The position numbers and the translations under genes were made by a program. A stretch of DNA of 63,976 bases, counting the filler, from Octopus bimaculoides (Eukaryota): assembly GCF_001194135.2 (NCBI RefSeq). It is 6 parts of 5 records of this genome, joined end to end, with 100 filler letters (N's around TTAATTAATTAA, not from the genome) between each part and the next. Parts side by side here need not be neighbours in the genome. Positions count along the whole stretch, not along the records: positions 1 to 28,897 come from NC_068987.1; 5 more parts are not named here. One strand, 5' to 3'. The first letter of the stretch is position 1. Every line of letters begins with the position of its first letter. The notes below the pieces were generated by a model, which saw only the letters and a list, made by a program, of their open reading frames with translations, was not told where the DNA came from and did no database searches. Below, one piece after another: positions 1 through 13,236 of this stretch.

Positions 1-180
1 TAAAAGCACCCACTACACTCTTTGAGTGGTTGGCATTAGGAAGGGCATCCAGCTGTAGAAACTCTGCCAAATCAGACTGGAGCCTGGTGTTGCCATCCGG
101 TTTCACCAGTCCTCAGTCAAATCGTCCAACCCATGCTAGCATGGAAAGCGGACGTTAAACGATGATGATGATGATGATGA
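1..180 (+). mobile_element. 3' tail of abundant RTE-type LINE / LINE-derived repeat ending in (GAT)n
   Basis: taaaagcacccactacactc...aagggcatccagctgtagaaa...ccaacccatgctagcatgg...gatgatgat. The same tail follows the RTE ORF at 22430-22612 and recurs at ~9840, 10565(-), 14161(-), 15549(-), 27100, 39940, 44815. Confidence 0.8.
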
Positions 181-204
181 TATATATATATATATATATA
201 CATA

Positions 205-364
205 TATACGACGGGCTTCTTTCAGTTTCCGTCTACCAAATCCACTCACAAGGCTTTGGTCGGCCCGAGGCTATAGTAGAAGACACTTGCCCAAGGTGCC
301 ACGCAGTGGGACTGAACCCGGAACCATGTGGTTGGTAAGTAAGCTACTTACCACACAGCCACTC
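205..364 (-). mobile_element. tRNA-derived SINE family 1, 5' part
   Basis: Reverse complement of gagtggctgtgtggtaag...ggttccgggttcagtcccactgcgtggcaccttgggcaagtgtcttc (A/B box-like head plus CORE-like ccttgggcaagt segment). Confidence 0.85.
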
Positions 365-1138
365 ATTTTTTGTTTTTATTTTTATTTTTCTCCTTGTTCT
401 TAATTTTTATAGCTTAGTACTCTAGCCTGTAAACAGTGCAGCCTTTCATAAATGGGCTATTCTCATGAAATTAAACCAAAAAAAGTTTAAAAAATTTTTT
501 AGAATGTTCAGAAAAATCACTATATACTTGAAAAGGTATGTTGAAATGGTTCTTTGGAATCATTTTTTCCAGATCTACACTACTTGGAAGACAGAAAATA
601 TTTATTTTGAAAAATGTTACATTTTTTCGTTATGCCCGTCATGCCAAATAAATGAGGATTGTGACCACAGAACATTGTTGTCCAGTAAACTTTCTCTTCC
701 AGCTGGGGTAAGCATGACACCTATTTTTAATCTTCTTCCCCTAGCACAAAGCTACCTCTCAATAGAGCTTTCTTGCTTTAGAAGTTACTCGATGTCCTCA
801 CTAGTGTTGGCACCATGTAAAAAATACTGAATACATTCTGTAAAGTGGAAGAGCATTCATTTGTAGAAACTATGCCAAAGCAGATGTTGGAGCTTGATGC
901 AGCCCTCTAGCTCACCAGCTCCTGTCGAACCCTCCAAACCATGCCAGCATGGTAACTGAATGTTAAATGATGATAATGACAACTGGCCACCTCCTCACCA
1001 TTCAGCAGAATCCAACATTCCTGTAGTAATACCTCACTTTACCAATATTACTGTCAAAGTCTGGAGACATCTTTTACCATCACCTAGTTCTCAAAAATAG
1101 AAGGTACTTAGTATGTTTGGGTGTCCTTAGTATGTTTG

Positions 1139-1518
1139 TTGGCACTCCGTCGCTTACAACATCGAGGGTTCCATTTGATCCGATCAACGGTATAGCCTGC
1201 TCGTGAAATTAACGTGCAAGTGGCTGAGCACTCCACAGACACGTGTACCCTTAACGTAGTTCTCGGGGATATTCAGCGTGACATAGTGTGACAAGGCTGA
1301 CCCTTTGAATTACAGGCACAACAGAAACAGGAAGAAAGAGTGAGAGAAAGTTGTGGTGTAAGAGTACAGCAGGGTTTGCCACCATCCCCTGCCGGAGCCT
1401 CGTGGAGCTTTTAGGTGTTTTCGCTCAATAAACACTCACAATGCCCGGTCTGGGAATCGAAACCGCGATCCTATGACCGCTAGTCCGCTACCCTAACTAC
1501 TGGGCCATTGCGCCTCCA
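1139..1518 (-). mobile_element. tRNA-derived SINE family 3, near full length
   Basis: Head ggaggcgcaatggcccagtagttaggg...ggtttcgattcccagacc; a second copy lies at 60027-60382 (+). Confidence 0.85.
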
Positions 1519-3014
1519 CCCTTAGTATGTAACAGGGGCAATACAACCAAAGATTGTATTTCACGAAGGATTTCTGTGCTCGTGCGTCTGGATCTTTGCT
1601 AGAGAAGAAACACACAGCCTACTTATTTACTACACATGATTACACACAAAAAACTATGATGAAGATCATCTTGGTATTTCAAATGATATGCTTGACTGAT
1701 GTTGACGAACAGAGTAATTTCTTTCAGATCCAAGCTGTTTCTGGGTATATGTTTGTAGTATATTTTGGAAAACACTTTTTAAAGGTTACGTGCATCATTT
1801 TTTGGATGTCCCCCCATCATTCATAAATAGTTGTACTTACATCAATGCAGACTCCTAGACACTGGATAGCGGGCAAAATAATACACAAAAAAACCCCCAA
1901 AAAACTGTGGTGAATTAGCATCAGACAACTCCATCACCATTGTCATCATCATCATTTAATGTCCGTTTTTCATGCTGACATGGGTCAGACAACTTGATAG
2001 GTATTGGCAATGCCAAGGGGCTGCACCAGGCTCCATAGCCTGTTTTGGCTTGGTTTCTTCAGATGGATGCCTTTCCTAACACCAACCACTTTACAGAATG
2101 TACTGGGTGCTTTTTTATGTGGCACCAACACCAAAGATTTTAGATGACAACTTGGTTTTAGGATTAGACATTTTTAATATTCATAACCCACATATCTTAA
2201 TCTGCAAATCACATTCAACCATTAAACTTGTAATGAATCTAAGAGAAAATACAAGATAGCTTTCATAAAAACCAAAGAAAAAAAAAAGAGCACATAATCC
2301 AACTACTATTGATATCATATCAGTATATCTAAAACACCTATCACCTGTTATCCACAAATACACAAAATACTCAACACTTCTTGCAAATAACACACAAAAC
2401 ACTGTCTACCAAATTGCCAATCCTATAAAGTACAAAGATAAAAGTTCGGAAATGCAAAATGACTGGACAACAGTAAAAGGATATGTTTTATCAGTTACTC
2501 TTTTCAACTTATGACATTTTACATCTCTTCACATATGATTTCACACACAGCTGACATCTCACTCACACTTCTCCACCATTTTCTAAGACACTCATGTACA
2601 AGTACTTAAAACTTATATGAATGACCTTAGTAACAGACTCTTAGTAATTTGTACCAAAACCACCGTGTCCTGTTTATCAGTAACACCAGAGAGCATCAAA
2701 TACAAATAACAATCACAGTCAACAACACAAACACGCTATGCGCAGAAAGTAAAAAAAGTACAAGGAGTTACGTACAAGTCATTGTTGTCATCATTGTCAT
2801 CATCATCATCACTGCCACTGCTGACCCTACCACCATCACCATTATTTAAAACCCATTTCCCCATGCTTGCATGGGTCAGATGGAATTTGTTGCAGATTTT
2901 CTACAGCCAGATACCCTTTCTGTCTCCAACCCTCACCTGTTTCCAGGCGAGGTAATATTCCTCTATGTCCAGACATACTTTTCATGGAGTACATATACGT
3001 TTTCTACTCAAGGC

Positions 3015-3430
3015 ACAAGGCCCAACATTTTTGGGGCAGGAGGGCCAGTCAGTTAGATCAACCCCAGTATGCAGCTAGTACTTAATTTATCAACCCCAAA
3101 AGATGAAAGGCAAAGTCGATCTCGGCAGAAATTGAACTCAGAACATAAAGACAGATGAAATACCACTATGTATTTTGCTCAGCATGCTAACGTTTCTTAT
3201 GTCTTTATTGCCAACAAGGGGCTAAACACAGAGGGGACAAACAAGGACAGACAAAGGGATTAAGTCGATTACATCGACCCCAGTGCGTAACTGGTACTTA
3301 ATTTATCAACCCCAAAAGGATGAAAAGCAAAGTTGACCTCAGTGGAATTTGAACTCAGAAAGTAAAGACAGACGAAATATAACTAAGCATTTCGCCTGGC
3401 GTGCTAACGATTCTGCCAGCTCGTCGCCTT
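3015..3430 (-). mobile_element. Two tandem copies of tRNA-derived SINE family 2
   Basis: Each has ...ctgagttcaa(a)ttc...gactttgcctttcatc(c)ttttggggttgataaattaagtac on the minus strand; the same family occurs at 15300, 23180, 24306. Confidence 0.8.
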
Positions 3431-3740
3431 AATGGAGTACATATACACATACACAATGGGCTTCTTTCAGTTTCCATCTACTAAATCTACTCACAAAAGC
3501 TTTTGGTCTGCCCAGGTGTTATAGTAGCAGATACTTGCCAATGTGCTGTGTAGCAGGACTGAACCCGAGACCACATGGTTGGAAAGCAAGAGTCTCAACT
3601 ACATAGTCCTGCTCCCATAATATTTCCAGTACATATAAAGAAGCAGTAAAGAAAGCCAGACATCACACAAACATATTTGGAGCAATCATAGGTACCATGT
3701 TTGATTAACAGAAATAAATAGAAAGAATAGTATACAAACA

Positions 3741-4122
3741 GGAGTGGCTGTGTGGTAAGTAGCTTACCAACGACATGGTTCTGGGTTCATTCCCACTGCG
3801 TGGCACCTTGGGCAAGTGTCTTCTAATATAGCCTCGGGCCAACCAAAGCCTTGTGAGTGGATTTGGTAGACGGAAACTGAAAGAAGTCCGTCATATATAT
3901 GTATATATGTGTGTGTGTGTGTATATGTTTGTGTGCCTGTGTTTGTCCCCCCAACATCGCTTGACAACCGATGCTGGTGTGTTTACGTCTCCGTAACATA
4001 GCAGTTCAGCAAAAGAGACTGATAGAATAAGTACTAGGCTTCCAAAGAATAAGTTCCGGGGTCGATTTGCTCGACTAAAGGCGGTGCTCCAGCATGGCCG
4101 CAGTCAAATGACTGAAACAAGT
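3741..4122 (+). mobile_element. SINE family 1, full length
   Basis: Head, internal (AT/GT)n, and tail ggcggtgctccagcatggccgcagtcaaatgactgaaacaagt. Confidence 0.9.
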
Positions 4123-7067
4123 NNNNNNNNNNNNNNNNNNNNNNNNNNNNNNNNNNNNNNNNNNNNNNNNNNNNNNNNNNNNNNNNNNNNNNNNNNNNNN
4201 NNNNNNNNNNNNNNNNNNNNNNNNNNNNNNNNNNNNNNNNNNNNNNNNNNNNNNNNNNNNNNNNNNNNNNNNNNNNNNNNNNNNNNNNNNNNNNNNNNNN
4301 NNNNNNNNNNNNNNNNNNNNNNNNNNNNNNNNNNNNNNNNNNNNNNNNNNNNNNNNNNNNNNNNNNNNNNNNNNNNNNNNNNNNNNNNNNNNNNNNNNNN
4401 NNNNNNNNNNNNNNNNNNNNNNNNNNNNNNNNNNNNNNNNNNNNNNNNNNNNNNNNNNNNNNNNNNNNNNNNNNNNNNNNNNNNNNNNNNNNNNNNNNNN
4501 NNNNNNNNNNNNNNNNNNNNNNNNNNNNNNNNNNNNNNNNNNNNNNNNNNNNNNNNNNNNNNNNNNNNNNNNNNNNNNNNNNNNNNNNNNNNNNNNNNNN
4601 NNNNNNNNNNNNNNNNNNNNNNNNNNNNNNNNAATTTACACAGGTGATTTTCAAGATAAAAATTGTTTAAAAAAGTTTCTTCTGATGTAAAATTTGCACC
4701 CAAAAATTTTCAGAATTGCTGATAAGGCCAGGAAAAAAAGGTCTTCAATTTAGTTGTATTTAGCATAATTTCACTTACTTATGATTAGATTTCATTAAAT
4801 AAAAATAATTTCTGTTTAACAGGTATCACGTTGAAAACTATTAAATTACGAAGTGTTTGTATTGTTTATAATAAACTTTATTTTACATTTCTTGCCCACA
4901 AGAGATTACGTCTGATCTTTAGCATACTTCTGTATGTCTTCTTGAATCATGATCAAAGGAAAAGTTGTTGATAATTCTTATCAACAAAAATCAAAGCTGA
5001 TAAATATGCACAAGTGTTGCAAAATAAGTTTATTTACCAATAAACATCAACTTAAATGACACTTTACTCAACCGACAGAGGAAGGTGACCGATTATGTAA
5101 ACAGAATTCTGATTGGTTGAAAGTGTTTTCTTGTCTCAAGCTCTGATTTTCTGCCTGTTCTTGTTGGAACCTTTGATATGTAGTATAGAAGTTTTAATCC
5201 CTTTCACACTTATAAAATGTCAAGCAAACTTAAAAATGTGTCATTACCGTTTTAGCTGGGAGAATGCAAGCACAATTTTGGCAAATTAAATTTAAATGTT
5301 GAAATGAATCTAACGGTTTTTGTGTGTTTCTTAAATGGCTTATAAACACCTTCCATGCTGCAATTGTTTTTTTCCAGCACACGATCTCAGGTTTTAGTAA
5401 ATTTATACAGAAAAAGTAAGCATTATACCATCCAGCATAAATCAAAATTAACTTCATTTTATTTTTTCTGTAAAAACCTATTCTGACATTAAATGAGTCA
5501 ACTGCCTGTACGAATGTTTACATTTGTACGTCATTTTTCAACAAAAAAAATTTCTAAAAAAATTTTGAAAAATATCTACTCATGTAATCTATGCACCCAC
5601 TAAAGTCTATTTTTGTTTTTGCGAAAAAAAGTTTGTAAATTACATAGGTTTTTACGGCAAGGTGCATTAAGTAATCATTGTATTTAGCAGATGAGTGACA
5701 TCTGTTGATACAGACACAACACAGGCTATGCTTTCAGGTTTTTGTGGATAAAGTTTTCAGAAATAACCCAATAAGTTAATCATTAATTCTGTGAAGTATT
5801 CATGGGTCCCTGCTAATTAATATAAATTTAAAAAAAAACCCAAAACAAAACAAGTATGTCTGTGTGGTAACAAATTTGTCTCTCAACCACATGGTTTTAG
5901 ATTTCGTCCCAGTGTGTGGGCACCTTGAGCAAACGCTTTCTTCTATAACTCCAGGCTGACCAAAGCCTGAGGTTATAGAAGGATTTGACAGATGGAAACT
6001 GAAAGAAGCCTCTCTCCACCTCTCTATATATACAATGTAGGAAGGTAGGATAAATTCCCAGCTGTTTCCTCTAGAAGCCCATCTGCTTATTTCAGTATTA
6101 CAATCCACAACATAGTTGTTGTCATTTTAGTACTGATGCAAAGTACATATTAAAATAGAAAACTCTGAAAATATTGTTTGTAGAGTTATTGTATAACAAT
6201 AACAAATGGATCATTCTAACTTCTATCTTGATATTAGCATATTTAACAACCATTATTTTGCTTTCTCGTCTTTCCTCCACTACCTACATGACTCCTGATT
6301 ACTAACTATATATAAATGCTTCATCCAAATGTAAATTTTGTATTATTTGGTTCTCTGTCTGAAGAATTTCTAATAGGAAATCTCTTAAATTTAATTTGCC
6401 AAAATATTTTCAGCGTTTTGAGACCATGACCTGTTCACTGACAAAATAATCTAACAAGTAAAACCTTGTAATTCCTATTTGCAAATGAAACATATGTAAT
6501 GGTGAATAAATAATATCAAAAATATTTTCCAACTTCCTGTTTTGTTATGTGTGTGAGTGTGTGTGTGTGTGTGCATGCACGCACGCATGTGTGTATGTTT
6601 GTGTTTGTCCCCTACCACAACTTGACAACTGGTGTTAGTTTGTTTTCTTCCTTATAATTTAGTGCTTCGGCAAAAAGAGACTGATAGAATAAGAACCAGG
6701 CTTAGGATGACTGAAACAAGCAAAATACAAAAGACTTGACCCAAACAAGTATCAAAATAAATGCGCACAGAAATAGTTGCAATACCAATAACTTTGCTGG
6801 CTCCAAACACTGAGCTGGGGGTACACACCACAAGTGATCAGTACAGGGGAGTAGCAACTGTTGTGCTCTGACTAAATCCATTTTGTCTGCCTCTGCAGAG
6901 ACACCACCAAATGGCAAGTTGTCTAGGCAGTTGCTCAAACTACTATAAACAGTAGCCAAATCTCCTTCAAAGTAGACCCTTACAAAAATGGGGGCCATAT
7001 TGGGAAAATGAGGTTTAAGGCATTGGAACTTTTTAGAAAACAGCATGATAATGTTTGGGATATGTAA

Positions 7068-7395
7068 AGGTGCATGGCTCAGTGGTTAGAGCATCGAGCT
7101 TACGCTCGTGAGTTTGTGAGTTCGAATCCCGGACCGGGCTGCGTGTTGTGTTCTTGAGCAAGACACTTTATTTCATGTTGCTCCAGTTCACTCAGCTGTA
7201 GAAATGAGTTGTGACGTCACTGGTGCCAAGCTGTATCGGCCCCTTTGCCTTTCCCTTGGATAACATCGGTGGTGTTGAGAGGGGAGGCTGGTATGCATGG
7301 CAACTGCTAGTCTTCCATAAGCAACATTGCCCGGACTTGTGCCTTGGAGGGTAATTTTCTAGGTGCAAACCCATGGTCATTCATTCATGAAGGCT
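7068..7395 (+). mobile_element. tRNA-derived SINE family 4
   Basis: ggtgcatggctcagtggttagagc (A box)...gagttcgaatcc (B box), followed by gtgttcttgagcaagacacttta. Confidence 0.8.
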
Positions 7396-7916
7396 TTTTT
7401 TTTTTAATGTTTGGGATGCTTTTGATCATAGGTGTGTTTGATCAGGGCTGACCTTGGGCAAAATAATAACTGGTGCACAGAAATAGAGTGGAGAGTAGAG
7501 AGAATACATGTTCAGACGGTCACACTGCTTTGATACTATTCATCACTGCATGCTAGAATGGGCAGTATGGTGAGGCATGTTATACCTGAAACAATAGATC
7601 TGTAGGGTTATTCCTAGTTTTGCAACCAATTGCCTTGCTTATTTGATCAGAGATTACCCAAAGAGGTGAGGAATGGTAGCAAAAATGGAAGTAAAACCAT
7701 CACCATCACCTCCCACTGCCACCACCACCACCACTGCTGCCGTTTCCGCCACCACCACCACCACAAATGATGAACAACAACAATAGTTTAAAAAGTGGTT
7801 TCTCTATTTGCACACAAATCTTTATAAAACATTTGAAGTGTATTCTACAAACTTTATCTTAAAGTAAAGATCTTTAAATAACATCAAGGATATATAAAAG
7901 TTAAGATTTACTTTAC

Positions 7917-7988
7917 CTCTTACAGTTATCAATTTCAAGATCATATCTATACTTGAGCTGAAGAGCAACCATTTCAGGAGAGAGACAT
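7917..7988 (-). CDS. BRCA2: BRCA2 coding exon (72 nt; end of helical domain)
   Basis: catttcAG|A...AAGAG|GTAAAG. Encodes (R)[23 protein letters not shown](R) vs human [24 protein letters not shown]. Phase 2-2, in frame with the previous exon. The next exon (OB1) was not found in the window. Confidence 0.96.
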
Positions 7989-8036
7989 CTGAAATGTTTC
8001 ATACCAAAAAAGAAATAAAAATCATTATATGGTTAA

Positions 8037-8256
8037 CCTTTTAGCATATAAACTGGCCATATCTGACCCTAATATTCTACCTGTTATATGTTCAAACTAG
8101 CCAGATACAACCTCTCACACCTACCTTATAATGTCCTTCTAAAAATAAGCAATCACATCATGAAAATCTCAAAGCTATGAGATAATGCATGATTAATTGA
8201 AAACAATGCAAATAAACAAGCATTACATTTGACAGACTAATCTGAATGCTAAAGGG
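8037..8256. mobile_element. piggyBac-type MITE
   Basis: TTAA|ccttttagcat ... atgctaaaggg|TTAA: terminal inverted repeats with a TTAA target duplication (8033-36, 8257-60). Confidence 0.75.
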
Positions 8257-9059
8257 TTAAACAACGTTTATTTAATTCTCGTTTGATATTTTATGTATTG
8301 CACAAGAACATTGTATTAGCAATTTTACAATTCAGCACTCAGATAGGCCAAAATAATTTCTTTTATAAATATGTGCTTGGACAGACATGTTGCTTACCAC
8401 CTAAAAAGTAAAAGATTATACGATACACAAAACGTGTTTTGATTGTTAGACATGATAAAATGTATGAAGCCCACGCTGTACAATGCCTTGTGTTAGGTAT
8501 GGTATCCAGCTGTAAAAAAAAACCATGTTGAAAAGGCAAGAATGAATCAAGTGTTCAGAGAGTAGAAGCGACTCTTTAGTTTTACTGGAAGTGACTTCTC
8601 TGAAATCAGTGGTATAATGAAATGATCCAGTCTGAACCGTAATGTGCTTGGTGTGAGGGAGAGCCCCCTTTTCTTTGGATATGCTTATGTTTGTTTGTAT
8701 GTATGCATGCATCACACATATGTACATTTCTTCCTTTTATTTATATATTAATTGGAATTCTTCCAAGAAAGAAGGGGTTCATTTCTGATAAAGAAACAGA
8801 AGCTTCATCACTGAAATTTGGACAACAACAATGCCAACTGTTACACATAAAACTTTAGGAAAGTCTTGTATATTTTTACTGTTCTGCTTACAAATGGTAT
8901 CTGTAAAGTGCAAGTTAGTTGGTCCCTTTTTTTGCTCGAAAATTCTAGCTTTTCCAGATTGTTGATTAGTTACTTACTAACAGTTAAGCATGAGATGAAC
9001 AGAGGTTACACTTTGTGTTAATATTATCAACATCCTCAAGTTTATGGAAACGTACTCAT

Positions 9060-9424
9060 GTGCAGGTGTGGCTGTGTGGTAAGAAGCTTGCTTCCCAATC
9101 ACATAGTTCCGGGTTCAGTCCCACTGCGTGATACCTTGGGCAAGTGTCTTCTACTATAGCCTTGGGCTAACCAAAGCCTTGTGAGTGGATTTGGTAGATG
9201 GAAACTGGAAGAAGCCCGTTGTATATATGTGTGTGTGTGTATGTGTTTGTGTTTATCCCCCATGCTATCGCTTGACACCTGTTTGGCAAAAGAGCCCGAC
9301 AGAATAAGTACTAGGCTTACAAAGAATAAGTCCTGGGGTCAATTTCTTCAACTAAAACCCTTTAAGGTGGTGCTCCAGTATGACCGCTGTCAAATGACTG
9401 AAACAAGTAAAAGAATAAAAGAAA
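9060..9424 (+). mobile_element. SINE family 1, full length
   Basis: Same head and tail as 3741-4122. Confidence 0.9.
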
Positions 9425-10047
9425 GCATAATGTTTTCATAATATGCAGTGTTTCTCTTCAAGGTCCTTGCTGAGATGTGATAGTCTTGTATCACTGGAAT
9501 CATCATCAGGAAATAAGTGTTACTCGAGGAATTCATAGCAGAACTGTAGGATGTTACTCACTTAGACTTAGCACTGATTCATGATCTATTTTTGTCGCTA
9601 TTATTTAGTAGGTGCTGAGTAATATCGTATGATACTTGGAGGTTGTCTGTACTAACCTTAAACCTTTTCATCCCACTTTTCTTTTGATATAGTCTCTCAA
9701 TATCACTCTTTTCTGCAGAAGTTTGCAGTTGATCTCAGAATCTTGTAGGTTTTAATGTCGCCCCCTTGTGAATTTGGCAGCAACAATTCATGTACAGCGA
9801 CCTACAACCACATAGATAAATTATTGTAGATGAATTGGCACATAAAAGCACCTATTACACTCTCAGAGTGGTTGGCGCTAGGAAGGGTATCTAGCCATAA
9901 AAAAGCCATGCCAAATCAGACTGGAGCTTGGTGCACCCTTCCAGGATGCCAGCCCAGCCAAACCAGCCGACTTTTGTCCTGAGATGTAAAAAGCCATAAA
10001 CAGACAAGGTATTCTCTGGCTGGCATGGCAATCCAGGGTGATAATCC

Positions 10048-10085
<38 letters not shown>

Positions 10086-10149
10086 GAGAGAGAGAGATAG
10101 AGGGAGAGAGAGAGGAAACTCTGATTATAGAAACCCTTGGGCAAAGCCT

Positions 10150-10435
10150 ACACTGTGTTTGGGAAAAAGATGCAGAGAAATTGTTGAACCCAAGCTAACT
10201 GAAGAACGGTGTGGCTTTCATGCTGGATGCAGCATGATGAACCAAATATTCACTCTACAGCAGGTCTTTGAGAAATCATGGGAATATTGCCAAGAGGCAT
10301 ACACTTGCTTTGTAGACCGTGCAAACACATATGACTGTGTGCCACAAGACATGCATGTGTTGCAGGAGTTTAGGATTAATGGGCAACTTCTGGTTGCTGC
10401 GCAGTCCCCTTATGGATACTTGGAAATAGGTGATA
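10150..10435 (+). mobile_element. RTE-clade LINE reverse transcriptase fragment (decayed)
   Basis: RCREIVEPKLTEERCGFHAGCSMMNQIFTLQQVFEKSWEY...CFVD...YDCVP matches RTE RT N-terminal motifs (EEQCGFR..RS..DQIFTL.Q..EK..EY....CFVD.EKAYD.VPR). Confidence 0.8.
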
Positions 10436-12134
10436 GTTGGCAACACAAAGGAGCATACCACTGCAGAAATTCTGCTTCAGTAAACTCTGACCTATGCAAG
10501 CATGGAAAAGTAGATGTTAAAACAATGACGATGCATACATATATACCATTATATCAACAAGCAAACGTACATATCATCATCATCATCATCATCATCGTTT
10601 AACGTCCGCTTTCCATGCTAGCATGGGTTGGATGATTTGACTGAGGACTGGTGAACCAGGTGGTTGCACCAGGCTCCAATCTGATTTGGCAGAGTTTCTA
10701 CAGCTGGATGCCCTTCCTAACGCCAATCACTCCAAGAGTGTAGTGTATATATGTATATAAATGTAAGTGTTAAGCTGACAACACTGAAATAAAGAATAAA
10801 GACCACTGTTTTATCAGATGGGTGTTCCTAGTTGGATAAGACTGAACACAATATTAACATTCAGAATAACAAACTTCATATAAAATAGAGATTTAAGTGG
10901 TTAGAATAAGAAACTAGCCAAGAAAAATCTATGTTAGAGAAGAGTATGAAAACTAGAGGATGTAGATAAGTTAAGAAGAGTTGATAACCTAGAAGTGTGC
11001 GAATGAGCATGTGTGGTTTAACTGTTTGAAAGAGAGTCTAATGAAAGCAGCACAAGAATGTAGACTATATATATGTCTATATGAGTGTTACAAACACACA
11101 TACCCACAAGCAAATTAAATGGGCAAACAGACATAGGTATTAGGATGGTGTACTTTAATAATGGAACATGAAGGAAGTAGAGTATAGGAGTAATCACAGA
11201 AAACACAAAGCGTTAGGGAAAGTGGTTAAAAACTAAGGAAAACGTATTAGCAAGATAAATATGAGTCAGTAAATAAATGAATAACTACAAGTATGTGTAG
11301 ATTCACATAAAGGTTAAAAGTAATGTGTAATGTAACAGGAAAGATTAAGTAAGTATTAGAGCACTCAGTGAAAATTTGTTGAAACATGTTATGCAGTATG
11401 TCATGCAAATTATGGTGGTCTAGCAGTGGTAAGGTTAAGTAAAAGATAAATAATATCTAAATGTTTAGAATAATTTGTGTGAGCATGACGAATTCCTTTT
11501 AGCGTGAGCTACTAAAGAAATTATCTATATATAAAGGATCAGTAGGAAACAGATAAAGCATTGTGATAGTATATAGGACAGTAATTCATCATCATCATCA
11601 TCTAATGTCTGTTTTTCATGTGGTCTGATGGGAGCTGCACCAGATCCCTGTCAGCTGGTTTCTACAGATGGGTAGTCTTCCTGACACCAACCACTTTACA
11701 GCGTGAACTGGATGCTTCTATGTGGCACCAGTTTAAATGCTTTTTACATTGTGCCAGCACAAGTGCACTTTATGTGGCACCAGCATGGGTGCGACTTATA
11801 TGGCACCGGCATTAATGCTATTTACACGGTCCCAGCAGGGGTGCTCCTTATAAGGTGCCAGCACAAGTGCTCTTTATGTGGGGCTGGCTTGGATGCTAAT
11901 TACATGACGCCAACACAGGTGCATTTTATGTAAAATATGACAATGTTCAGAAATGTGCATTAGAGTAAAATATATGATGGCATAAAGGATGCATGGGAAT
12001 ATAAAACACCACCAATTTCAGCAGTGTATATTCAAGAAAAAAGTTTCTAGTGTATTAATGCATGTAATATCTAAAGCAATCTAGCAGTGTATTGCAAAAC
12101 ATTACTAAGATATCTTATTTATTACAGAAAACAT

Positions 12135-12512
12135 TACTCTTTACTCTTTTATTTGTTTTAGTCATTTGACTGCGGCCATGCTGGAGCACCGCCTTTAGTC
12201 AATACGGAGTATCGAAATTTTAACTTATTCTTTGTAAGCCTAGTACTTATTCTATCGGTCTCTTTTGCAAAACTGCTAAGTTATGGGGACGCAAACACAT
12301 CAATATAGGTTGTCAAGTGATGGAGGAGGACAAACACAGACACACAAGCACACACACACGACAGGCTCCTTTCAGTTTTTGTCTACCAAATCCACTCACA
12401 AGGCTTTGGTCGGCCTGAGAGTATAGTAGAAGACACTTGTTCAAGGTGCCACACAGTGGGACTGAATCCAGAACCATGCGGTTGGTAAGCAAGCGACTTA
12501 TCACACAGCCAC
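12135..12512 (-). mobile_element. SINE family 1, full length
   Basis: Reverse complement of the family-1 head and tail. Confidence 0.88.
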
Positions 12513-12689
12513 TATAAAAAAGTTAACAGTACAGTTGAACTTGAAGCAAGAAATTACGACAGCGAAAATATCTTATATGATTACGGTAATAAAACGTGCA
12601 AGAAAATACAAGGAATACATACAAAAAGCAGTCTTCAACAACAATCAAACACAAACCAAAACAAAGTAAGAAAAACTTTAATCATTTTC

Positions 12690-12870
12690 AAAGCCAGGAA
12701 AATCCTTATCATCGGATCTTATAAACCCGTTATCCCTGTTGCTCATATGACTATTGATATTATTGCCTTTAAATAATGCACCATCTGTTGTGCTGTCTGG
12801 AATGTTATTAGCACACACTTCTTAAAAGATTTCACAAATACTTCAGCCTTTCTTAGATAATCCCAAAACT
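12690..12870 (-). mobile_element. pogo/Tigger-like transposase C-terminal remnant
   Basis: Frameshifted EVFVKSFKKC-ANNIPDSTTDGALF...SDDKDFPGFEN resembles the pogo DDE_1 C-terminus (IVKSFKKCGISN.LDGTEDD.LF...DFxGF). Confidence 0.55.
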
Positions 12871-13010
12871 GTCCCACTTACTTATGCACCTGTGCAAATG
12901 GTGGACCACTTCATTCTCCTGTGAGTGTGAGGCCATGATGTGGTTCTCCCAACCTTTTGTTCCAATGTTCTTGCATGCTCTGCTTAAATGGTACATTCTC
13001 ATTATATATA

Positions 13011-13066
<56 letters not shown>

Positions 13067-13199
13067 TTGCGAGTGTAAACTGGGAATGCATACAACGAGT
13101 TTCTCTGCCCTAGGTGTACGGAAAACGCTCGGCAAAGAAATGGAAGAAAATTTGAAGAAAGAAGAAAAGAAAAACATAATAATAATAATAATAATAATC

Positions 13200-13236
<37 letters not shown>

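Noticed and set aside
590-830. Minus-strand NNVLWSQSSF as a BRCA2 exon or Tc1 fragment
   Set aside because: Stops in all frames, no BRCA2 similarity; too weak to call even as a transposase remnant.
6352-6390. ctgaagaatttctaataggaaat as a hammerhead
   Set aside because: The GAAA is consumed by the stem and no stem III or cleavage site can be drawn.
6930-6980. Minus-strand AG|G TCT ACT TTG AAG GAG ATT (STLKEI) as the next BRCA2 exon (human SAIKKI)
   Set aside because: The frame hits a stop after 13 codons without a donor and lacks the ERDD motif.
6702-7046. 114-aa ORF with NLPFGG, reminiscent of PIF1/Helitron helicase
   Set aside because: Only a 4-residue match with no other helicase motif; no splice or start support.
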